IMG/VR virus record: IMGVR_UViG_3300044731_001157
Reading direction: 5' to 3' (one strand)
Origin: an uncultured virus (IMG/VR IMGVR_UViG_3300044731_001157)
Taxonomy: Duplodnaviria; Heunggongvirae; Uroviricota; Caudoviricetes
Length of the DNA stretch: 64,000 bases
The notes under the pieces are model-generated. The model had not been told where the DNA came from and did not search any database. It saw nothing but the letters and a program-made list of their open reading frames with translations. This document shows, piece by piece, positions 56,852-64,000 of the stretch. Numbering within the stretch: the stretch's first letter is position 1; the number at the start of each line of letters is the position of its first letter. Made by a program: the position numbers and the translations under genes.

Positions 56852-57412
56852 ATGTCAACATCTGTTTTATTTGCCTTACAAGAAGGTCTTATAGGCTCTA
56901 CTGATTTACGTACCGTTTTCCTAAAAGAATATTTAGAGAAACGGTATAATGCTTTTGAAAAAGATTGTATAGTAATTGACAGAAACATTAAAGAAGCGAA
57001 AGATAATTTGGCATACCTAAAAGCAGAAAGGCTAAAAGGGTATGAAATGAGTTATGAAACGCAACCAGAATCGATAAAAGAACTATTAGATTTGTTTATC
57101 GATTATATTAATAAAAAAGCTCCTCAAAAATACAGAAATGAAACTCCAAACAAAAAAAGTTATTTTGGAGAAATAATGAGCGAAAAATTATTGCCTTATT
57201 ATATTTTAAGATTAGAGCAATTATTTACAAGAATAGATTGTAGAAATAATATCGAATACAAACGATTAGTTGAAAGTGCAGAAATACTAACACAGCAGTC
57301 GGCAAAATCAGAACAAAACTTTTTAAAAGGAAGTAATACAGAACAATATATTTACATAGGTGCAGGAGCGTTGGTTTTGTTGGTTGGGGTTTATGTAATT
57401 CTTAAAAAATAA
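56852..57412 (+). CDS. Tail-anchored membrane protein
   Basis: YIYIGAG TM + KK. Confidence 0.7.
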   Translation: MSTSVLFALQEGLIGSTDLRTVFLKEYLEKRYNAFEKDCIVIDRNIKEAKDNLAYLKAERLKGYEMSYETQPESIKELLDLFIDYINKKAPQKYRNETPNKKSYFGEIMSEKLLPYYILRLEQLFTRIDCRNNIEYKRLVESAEILTQQSAKSEQNFLKGSNTEQYIYIGAGALVLLVGVYVILKK

Positions 57413-57416
57413 GAAT

Positions 57417-57980
57417 ATGATTAAAAAAGCATTAATAATAGGCGGTGTTGGATTAGCTGGATTTGGATTATATAGATATTTCAAATATCAAGTTGATTTA
57501 GCAATGAAGTATGATTATAAAATCAAAAACTTCAAATATTTAGGTATTAGCGGTAACGATGTAAAAGTAAGTGCTACTATCGAAATTACAAATAAATCTA
57601 ATTTTAGATTAGAAATTAATTCATTTGATTTAAGGCTGTTTTACAATGGCAAAAAGTTTGCTGATGTAGTTTCTACTAAAAAAATAATTATTGAGCCAAA
57701 TAGGTCTTTTGACATAACTGGCGTTGGTATTATAAACGTAAATGACATTAAAGAAGGATTACCAAGTTTCTTATCGGATGTTCTAAAAAAGAAACCAATT
57801 AATATTGAGGTTGAAGGATACTTGAAAATTAAATTTATGAATATTAATTCAACTATTGACTTTAATAAAGAAAAATTTACCTATTCAAGTGATTTGATTA
57901 CAGAGTATGGTTTTGGGGATAAATACGATAACTTAAAGCAGAAATACCCTAAAATTTTCTCTATTTTCGGAATAAAATAG
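57417..57980 (+). CDS. LEA_2/WHy-domain membrane protein
   Basis: N-TM; IEITNKSNF.L.I.SF...L.YNG..F. Confidence 0.75.
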   Translation: MIKKALIIGGVGLAGFGLYRYFKYQVDLAMKYDYKIKNFKYLGISGNDVKVSATIEITNKSNFRLEINSFDLRLFYNGKKFADVVSTKKIIIEPNRSFDITGVGIINVNDIKEGLPSFLSDVLKKKPINIEVEGYLKIKFMNINSTIDFNKEKFTYSSDLITEYGFGDKYDNLKQKYPKIFSIFGIK

Positions 57981-58014
57981 TACTTTTGAAGTTAGAAACT
58001 TTAAAATAAAAAAA

Positions 58015-58440
58015 ATGGTTGAGGGTATTGTTAAAAAAATTATGTTTACAGGCATTGAAAAATATGCTAAAAATTATGGGTTAACGGATTTACAAGTTCA
58101 AATTAAAGTATTGAACGATGAAAATGGAAGTGTTACCTACAAAATGTGTAAAAACTATAACGAAGAAGAAGAAGTGAGGTTTTTGCAGATTATGGATAAA
58201 AAATTGGATATGTTTGGCTACGAAGCATTAGCAAGTCCGTTTTTAAAAAGAAGTTTAATAGAAAGTGCTGAAGAAAATGAAATTAATGTAAGTCAAGTTT
58301 GTTGTTTTATCTTCAAATATGAAGATGGAAATAAAAAGCAAGGTGTAGGATTGGGTTTTTACCAAATTGCAGATGACAAACCTTTGAAAAAACTTAAAGT
58401 AGTTCCATTATCAAAGCATTTAGAAAAATTAGGGTTATAA
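58015..58440 (+). CDS. Hypothetical protein
   Basis: Follows TACTTTTG promoter-like element at about 57981. Confidence 0.65.
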   Translation: MVEGIVKKIMFTGIEKYAKNYGLTDLQVQIKVLNDENGSVTYKMCKNYNEEEEVRFLQIMDKKLDMFGYEALASPFLKRSLIESAEENEINVSQVCCFIFKYEDGNKKQGVGLGFYQIADDKPLKKLKVVPLSKHLEKLGL

Positions 58441-58441
58441 A

Positions 58442-58753
58442 ATGGGATTACAAAGAGGTAGAAAACCACAAGAAAATCTAATAAGTGTTCCAGAAAGCGA
58501 TATGACTTTCATAAAGGATATGTTGACAAAAATGAATGGTAAGTTAAACGAAATGGAAATTTCGTTAATAAAACTTAACCAAACAGTAATTGGCAATAAA
58601 GAATATGGTCAAAAAGGACTTGTAGAACAAGTTAATGAGCATAGGAAATATATCGAAGAAGATAAGAATTATAAAGCTAAAGTTATTGGTGGAGTTACGG
58701 TAATTGGAGTTATTTATGGCGTACTTCTCAAATATTGGGAAAAAATATTTTAA
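58442..58753 (+). CDS. Coiled-coil protein with C-terminal TM
   Basis: IGN..YG..GLV motif, TM. Confidence 0.65.
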   Translation: MGLQRGRKPQENLISVPESDMTFIKDMLTKMNGKLNEMEISLIKLNQTVIGNKEYGQKGLVEQVNEHRKYIEEDKNYKAKVIGGVTVIGVIYGVLLKYWEKIF

Positions 58754-58762
58754 AAAAAAATT

Positions 58763-59371
58763 ATGGGAAATGTAACAACTTCAAAAGCTAATAATATAAA
58801 TTCTCCAGATGGGAACAGTTTAGCTGTTTTTGTTGATGGAAATGATGATATAATGAAGGTTAAAGATGTAAGAGGAAATGTTCAAGAATTAAGCGACTAT
58901 ATTGTTATACCAACACCGCCAACAACAGAGTATATATATATGTATGCTCAAAGCACACAAAATCAGGTTTTTGATGCAATAAATAATATAGTATTGTCAT
59001 TTGATAACGTACCAATAAAAAGTGGTATATCAATTAGTGATGCTGATAGAAAAATAACTGTTTCGGAAGCAGGGATTTATAACTTTAATTTGTCTTTACA
59101 ATTAAATAATAAAGATGTTTCTATAAGACAAGTTAATATTTGGATGCAAAATGGAGTTAATAATTTAGATGATTCAAACAAAATATATAAATTAAATGCA
59201 GATGATTTTATCTTATTTAACTACAACATTACTTTAGAATTAGATGCAACAGAACAATTATATTTTTATGGATTTACAAATAGCAGTAATGTTCAATTAT
59301 CAGTTACAGCTGGCACTTTTGGAAAACCAGATAGTCCTTCGGCTACATTAACAATTAATAAAATAGGTTAA
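58763..59371 (+). CDS. Putative spike protein with C1q/TNF-like head
   Basis: ITVSEAGIYNFNLSLQL...PSATLTI. Confidence 0.6.
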   Translation: MGNVTTSKANNINSPDGNSLAVFVDGNDDIMKVKDVRGNVQELSDYIVIPTPPTTEYIYMYAQSTQNQVFDAINNIVLSFDNVPIKSGISISDADRKITVSEAGIYNFNLSLQLNNKDVSIRQVNIWMQNGVNNLDDSNKIYKLNADDFILFNYNITLELDATEQLYFYGFTNSSNVQLSVTAGTFGKPDSPSATLTINKIG

Positions 59372-59373
59372 TT

Positions 59374-59919
59374 ATGGGAAATGTAACAACTTCAAAAGCT
59401 AATAATATAACTTCTCCAAACGGAAATAGTTTGGCTGTTTTTGTTGATGGTAATGATGACATAATAAAAGTAAAAGATGTTAGGGGTAATGTTCAGAATT
59501 TAAGCGATTATGTAAATCCACCTACACAACCATTTGACTCTTTGTTTACAGATGCTTCTGGAACATTAGCCGGTGTAACTGTAAGAAGTTATTATACTAT
59601 GATTGCACCAAATATTTGTTATTTTAGAGTATATGTAGATTTTGTTGGCTGTACTAATTTTGGTACTGGTCAATATCAAATAACATTACCTTTTGCAAGT
59701 GCTGAAACAATGCGACAAGCTAATGGTACTTTGCATCAAACAACTGGTAATTCTTTATATCATATTGCAGGAATTACAGACATTTCAGTTAGTTCAACAA
59801 TACACAAATTATACTATTCTGGAAGTACAACTGATTTGAATTGGAAATTTAATACACCAGTAGGTGCAACAACTGTAACAAGTCATTTTGATATTAGTGG
59901 GGTATATGAAATTTTATAA
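59374..59919 (+). CDS. Putative spike protein, same N-terminus, different head
   Basis: First 47 aa nearly identical to 58763; GTGQY.ITLPF...ISGVYE. Confidence 0.6.
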   Translation: MGNVTTSKANNITSPNGNSLAVFVDGNDDIIKVKDVRGNVQNLSDYVNPPTQPFDSLFTDASGTLAGVTVRSYYTMIAPNICYFRVYVDFVGCTNFGTGQYQITLPFASAETMRQANGTLHQTTGNSLYHIAGITDISVSSTIHKLYYSGSTTDLNWKFNTPVGATTVTSHFDISGVYEIL

Positions 59920-59931
59920 AAAATAAAAAGT

Positions 59932-60489
59932 ATGACAAATCAAGAAATAGCAACTAAAAAGGTTGCGGATTTTATATATAAAAAGCCAGAAGTAGTCGTA
60001 TCTATTCTTAAAGAGAGTGGTTACGACATTTCAGTTGATACAGCTACGTTAAGACAAATAAACGAACTTACCTTTACGGCTTTATCTAATCAAGAAGAAC
60101 CTTTTACTAAAAAGTTTACAGAAGCCTATGCTTCAGATGGTTACTTGAATTTTGAGCCAGTATCTATGAGTATTATGGCTGGTGCAAGTATTATCAGTTC
60201 AATTATTGGTGGTGCAAGAGCGAAAAAAGAAGCGAAAAAACAAAGAGAATTACAAAAAGCAATGTTTTTAGCGAACTTGACATCTCAAGAAAAATTGAAA
60301 TATGAAGAATTGAAATTGCAAGGAGAAACAGCAAGAACTCAAATATTGGCAAATTCTTTAAAAGATTATAAAATTGCATTACAACAAGAAGGAACTCAAA
60401 GGCTAAAAGATACTTGGTTGTATTTAGTAGGTGCTGGTTTGGCTATTTCAATGTTTTACGGAATATTTTTATTCACAAAAGAAGATTAA
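59932..60489 (+). CDS. Tail-anchored coiled-coil membrane protein
   Basis: N-domain, YLNF, hydrophobic Gly-rich segment, coil, TM. Confidence 0.75.
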   Translation: MTNQEIATKKVADFIYKKPEVVVSILKESGYDISVDTATLRQINELTFTALSNQEEPFTKKFTEAYASDGYLNFEPVSMSIMAGASIISSIIGGARAKKEAKKQRELQKAMFLANLTSQEKLKYEELKLQGETARTQILANSLKDYKIALQQEGTQRLKDTWLYLVGAGLAISMFYGIFLFTKED

Positions 60490-60490
60490 A

Positions 60491-60904
60491 ATGGGTTTAT
60501 TAGATGGAATTTTAGGGGGTGTTGGCAAAACTACTGGTGGAGTAGGTGCAAGTGCAACTTCTGGTGCTAAAGGTGGCGGTAGTGGTTTAGGAGAACAAGC
60601 AATTGCTATGGTAGCGAGTATGATAGTTGATTATGCTTTTGCTTCTTCAATTAAAAAAGACCAAAAAAGATTTGAGCAAGAAATTTCCAAATTAGACGAA
60701 AAAAAACAACGTGAATTGTTGGCTAAAGTTCAGCAAGTTCAAACTGAATTAGAAAGACAAAACATAGTTTTTCAATATATTGATAAAGGTAGAATTGAGG
60801 AATTAAAAAAAGAAGATAACAACAGTAAAAAATATCTTTATATTGGTTTAGGGGTTGGTGTTATCATATATGCTTTAATGATTTTAAAATTAAAAAAACG
60901 ATGA
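60491..60904 (+). CDS. Gly-rich tail-anchored coiled-coil protein
   Basis: ATG 60491; YLYIGLGVG TM. Confidence 0.75.
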   Translation: MGLLDGILGGVGKTTGGVGASATSGAKGGGSGLGEQAIAMVASMIVDYAFASSIKKDQKRFEQEISKLDEKKQRELLAKVQQVQTELERQNIVFQYIDKGRIEELKKEDNNSKKYLYIGLGVGVIIYALMILKLKKR

Positions 60905-61260
60905 ATAAAGAGGTAAAAACGCTATTAATAACATTGGGAGTTGCTTTAGGTTTAGTATGGATTTTTAAACCTAAAAAAAGCGATTCAAGTTCAACTTCAA
61001 CAAGTAGCGGTGGTAAATATTTAGAGCCAAAAGAAGCTACTGAAGATGTGAAAAAAGAAAAAGAAAATGCCGTTATTGGACTTCAAGCTATGCGTGAAGC
61101 AATTAACTCTGGAGAAAAGAAAGCGGAATTAGATAAATTAAGTGCTATGATTCTAAAAGAAAACGGAATTAAAGTGGTTATTTCAAAAAAAACAAGCTTG
61201 TTGAGAGCTATGAATAAAAAAGGTAATGTAATTGCTGAAGAAGAAATAGACAATAAATAA
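60901..61260 (+). CDS. N-anchored membrane protein
   Basis: N-terminal TM. Confidence 0.7.
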   Translation: MNKEVKTLLITLGVALGLVWIFKPKKSDSSSTSTSSGGKYLEPKEATEDVKKEKENAVIGLQAMREAINSGEKKAELDKLSAMILKENGIKVVISKKTSLLRAMNKKGNVIAEEEIDNK

Positions 61261-61262
61261 TC

Positions 61263-61703
61263 ATGGGAACGGTAATAGCTACAACAAAAACTTTCAATAA
61301 TGGAGCAATATCAGTTGTTAGTACAGATGGAACTTCATACGAATCCATATTAAATTCTATGGGGAGTTTTGTTTATGGCGTTGAAAAAGTATATGTAAAG
61401 GCTAATTCAAACTCTCAAATTTTAAATGGTTTTAAGGTAGAGCAGTATGATGTTAGTGGTTATATAAGGTCATTTGAACAAAAACCAACTATCGACCCTT
61501 ATCAATATCAAAAGTCTGTTTTTTTTAAAATGACAAAAGAAAATGTTGTCTTGAACGGACAAACAACATTTGATTTGAATGTTTTGCCTAATGAAGTTGT
61601 TTATATGAATATTTATGTAAATCAACTTGCATTAAGAGATTATGTTTCTAAAACTTCTTTTTTTGATAACGATTTTTTTAATAATTTTAAAGATGTCTTG
61701 TAA
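61263..61703 (+). CDS. Divergent capsid-protein paralogue (minor capsid candidate)
   Basis: SY..IL, NSQIL, PTIDPYQ.Q, V.P.E.V...IY. Confidence 0.6.
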   Translation: MGTVIATTKTFNNGAISVVSTDGTSYESILNSMGSFVYGVEKVYVKANSNSQILNGFKVEQYDVSGYIRSFEQKPTIDPYQYQKSVFFKMTKENVVLNGQTTFDLNVLPNEVVYMNIYVNQLALRDYVSKTSFFDNDFFNNFKDVL

Positions 61704-62157
61704 CATAAACGATTTAAACCAAATTAAAATTCAAAATAGAGAGCATACCATATCTAAACTACAAACTGGAGATTTAATAAAATCAAAAGTAGAAGTTTTG
61801 CCGATATTGTATCATTATGGAATTATTGAAAGGCAAGGAGATAAGCTATTCATTTACCACAACCAAACTGATAAAATCAATTCAAATGGCGGTAATTTAA
61901 TTTGTGAGCCTTTGGAAAACCATATAAAAGGAAAGGACATAATTTCGGTTACTAAAACAAATTTAAGTAGTGCTGATTTGAATCAAATGTACGATGCTTT
62001 GAAAGGCTATAAATATGACTTTATTAATTTCAATTGTGAGCATTATGTAAATTTTGCAACTGATAAAAAATTTATAAGTAATCAGGTTTTTAAATGGGGT
62101 TCTATTGTGGCAATTGGAATATTAGTTACTTACTTAATTAGAAAAAATAAAATATGA
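61693..62157 (+). CDS. LRAT-like (permuted NlpC/P60) enzyme with C-terminal TM
   Basis: GDLI, HYGI, YD...NCEHYVNFA, terminal TM. Confidence 0.8.
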   Translation: MSCNINDLNQIKIQNREHTISKLQTGDLIKSKVEVLPILYHYGIIERQGDKLFIYHNQTDKINSNGGNLICEPLENHIKGKDIISVTKTNLSSADLNQMYDALKGYKYDFINFNCEHYVNFATDKKFISNQVFKWGSIVAIGILVTYLIRKNKI

Positions 62158-62495
62158 ATTTAAGTATAAATTTAAAGATAACAAATAATATTGGTGCAGA
62201 ATTACCAATATCTATTTTGGGCGTTATTCAAAATCAAGATTCTTTTAATAATATTAATACTGTATATGAGTTTGATTTAAGTGGAGAAACTCTTAATTCT
62301 GTTTTATTTGTTTTTGCTTATTCTACGATAGCTCAACCATCAGTTAATATACAATATTTTTTTAACAATCCTACGCCAACCATTCAAGGTTATGTAGATG
62401 ATTTAAACACTTTAAATGTTGGTTATTTTACATACTATGGAACTACAATTTATATGTTAAGCAATAATTATATTGGTAAGTCTATAAAAATATAA
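62154..62495 (+). CDS. Beta-rich hypothetical virion protein
   Basis: N-terminus INLKITNN...ISILG resembles first strands of capsid candidate. Confidence 0.55.
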   Translation: MNLSINLKITNNIGAELPISILGVIQNQDSFNNINTVYEFDLSGETLNSVLFVFAYSTIAQPSVNIQYFFNNPTPTIQGYVDDLNTLNVGYFTYYGTTIYMLSNNYIGKSIKI

Positions 62496-62498
62496 CAT

Positions 62499-62530
62499 AA
62501 AAAAAAGACCGATTTTACTCGGTCTTTTTA
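62499..62530. terminator. Bidirectional intrinsic terminator
   Basis: aaaaagaccga/tcggtcttttt between convergent units. Confidence 0.85.
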
Positions 62531-62626
62531 ATTTTCTAATTTAAAATAAGCATGAAAAAATATCTGCAAAGTGTTACATTTTTCAGAAAATGAAAACTTT
62601 TGTGATTACAAATATAATTAAAAAAA

Positions 62627-63478
62627 CTATTCCTCTATAAGTTCGGCTTCGTTTTTTACGTTTAATGAATTGTAAAGGCTGTTTTTTCTTTTGCCAATAA
62701 TGTTACCTTGAATTAATTTCACATTATCATTATCATCTACGATTAAATAGCTACCGCCTTCAATATTATCATCAGTAGAAATTGCTTTTTTCAATCGGTC
62801 ATCTTGCTTTGGAAGTGTTTTTGCCAATTGCTTTAAAACTACTTTTTTAATCATCCAATTCTCTGGGTCTTTTTTATCATTGAAGTACAGTTCATTTGAT
62901 ACTTTTAGAGTGTTGATAACACCTTTTACTTCTTTAGTTGACATAACTTTGAAAGTAACTTCGTTATCTTCTAATTTAGCACAAGCGTAAACAAACTTGA
63001 TTTTGCTATTGCTTCTATCGGCATCGTGGTTCGGTATATGAACTAATTTTGGCTCTAAACCCATTTCGTAAATAAAGTCATCATCTTCATAAACCACTTC
63101 AGTCCAAATTTTCTTAATTTTATCCGACCTCAATAGAAGCGTTATAAGACCTTTATATCCTAAAACTGGTGTTATGGTATCTTTGAAAGGAATAAAGAAA
63201 AACTCGCCTACCATTTGGCTTGGAGATAAGTCTAATTCAGCACAATGTAAGATACTTGCAAACAAACTTGCTGGATTCTTTAAAAAGGCTTCTTGGAGTT
63301 TAACGCTTTTCTTAATTTCAGTAATTACAACTTGTTTGAACTTTGCAGGAGTAAAACTTGAGTTCTCAAGTAATTCTACAAGGTTCTTTTGCTCATAAAT
63401 ACCCATAGTGTGAGTAAACTTATCAATTAATGATAATTCACGTTTAGGAGCAGGGGAATTAATCGGTTTGTTTTCCAT
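62627..63478 (-). CDS. recT: RecT-family ssDNA annealing recombinase
   Basis: SL...IL.CAELDL, FFIPF, GYKGLI.L, VVYE.D.F, M..K.VLK...K.LP. Confidence 0.88.
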   Translation of the reverse strand: MENKPINSPAPKRELSLIDKFTHTMGIYEQKNLVELLENSSFTPAKFKQVVITEIKKSVKLQEAFLKNPASLFASILHCAELDLSPSQMVGEFFFIPFKDTITPVLGYKGLITLLLRSDKIKKIWTEVVYEDDDFIYEMGLEPKLVHIPNHDADRSNSKIKFVYACAKLEDNEVTFKVMSTKEVKGVINTLKVSNELYFNDKKDPENWMIKKVVLKQLAKTLPKQDDRLKKAISTDDNIEGGSYLIVDDNDNVKLIQGNIIGKRKNSLYNSLNVKNEAELIEE

Positions 63479-63707
63479 AATACATTTTATCTAAAAGTTT
63501 TAAAAATTCTTGTTCTTGGTTTTTAAGTTCTATTATATACAAAGTGATGTTTTCAATTTCTATAAAAATCTTATTCATATTGACTTTTGAGATTTGTACC
63601 CTATTATCAATAGAATATTTTTTCAACTGATTTTTATATTTCAAAAAATATTGAATATCATTTTGAACAACGCCAACCGCATAATATATTTCTCTTTCAT
63701 TTATCAT
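63459..63707 (-). CDS. Hypothetical protein
   Basis: Coupled between nuclease and recT. Confidence 0.55.
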   Translation of the reverse strand: MINEREIYYAVGVVQNDIQYFLKYKNQLKKYSIDNRVQISKVNMNKIFIEIENITLYIIELKNQEQEFLKLLDKMYYGKQTD

Positions 63708-64000
63708 TATATCGTATAATATACTTGTTCAATGCTTGGTATGGTTAATTTGTGTTTGCAATCAGTTAACGGACAGATTTTGCAAAGTTTTAAACTTGGG
63801 TAAGGCTTGAAATTATGCTTATTTAGCACAACTTCTTCATAAACCTTATCAACCGCTTCTAAATGACTTTGAAAAGCATCAGGGTCAATGTTTATCTTTA
63901 TGATTTTAGCATCCTCTGGGTCTTTTGAATTGAATATAAAAAAGTAAAAATCAATATCTTCATAATCGACCTCGCATACTTCCGACAACAAAATGGTATA
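63707..64000 (-). CDS. C-terminus of PD-(D/E)XK/Cas4-like exonuclease (truncated by window)
   Basis: Terminal P...CKICP..DC; adjacent to recT. Confidence 0.55.
   Translation of the reverse strand, partial: YTILLSEVCEVDYEDIDFYFFIFNSKDPEDAKIIKINIDPDAFQSHLEAVDKVYEEVVLNKHNFKPYPSLKLCKICPLTDCKHKLTIPSIEQVYYTI

Noticed and set aside
1025..56988. Minus-strand and nested ORFs in the track (e.g. 8716..9006, 15706..16134, 31216..31803, 35198..35677, 36659..37171, 48829..49281)
   Set aside because: Shadows of well-supported plus-strand genes; no motifs or own signals
34755..62495. Eukaryotic giant virus (NCLDV) origin
   Set aside because: Bacteroidota promoters, coupled operons, intrinsic terminators and peptidoglycan enzymes indicate a bacterial host
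1..64000. tRNA/rRNA genes and alternative genetic code
   Set aside because: No cloverleaf or rRNA-like sequence noticed by eye; code 11 gives dense intact ORFs ending in TAA, TGA and TAG

Overview
AT-rich, almost entirely plus-strand, densely coding window that reads as part of a dsDNA virus genome infecting Bacteroidota, probably Flavobacteriaceae. Host inference rests on TTTG-N19-TAnnTTTG promoters, A-rich leaders without Shine-Dalgarno, Q-rule signal peptides and peptidoglycan hydrolases. Layout: 1-750 is non-coding and repeat-rich. 0.8-23.7 kb holds early/accessory genes: DUF932, DEDDh exonuclease, DNA methylase, replication initiator, glycosyltransferases, an LpxA-like acyltransferase, HNH endonucleases and a small integron-like cassette array. 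24-34.7 kb holds large modular proteins punctuated by aromatic-x-x-GG motifs. 34.7-62.5 kb is a morphogenesis/lysis region with an A32/FtsK-type ATPase, a highly expressed-looking beta-rich 234-aa capsid candidate with paralogues, and about 30 small single-TM proteins. 62.6-64 kb holds RecT and a PD-(D/E)XK nuclease on the minus strand. No terminase, portal, HK97 capsid or tail gene is recognisable in the window. The best hypothesis is an unusually large tailless, internal-membrane (jelly-roll-type) bacterial virus with proteolytically processed structural polyproteins. A second notable signal is a sequence-divergent but structurally identical kissing-loop RNA leader ahead of both free-standing HNH genes. 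All family calls are by eye from motifs, not from database searches.
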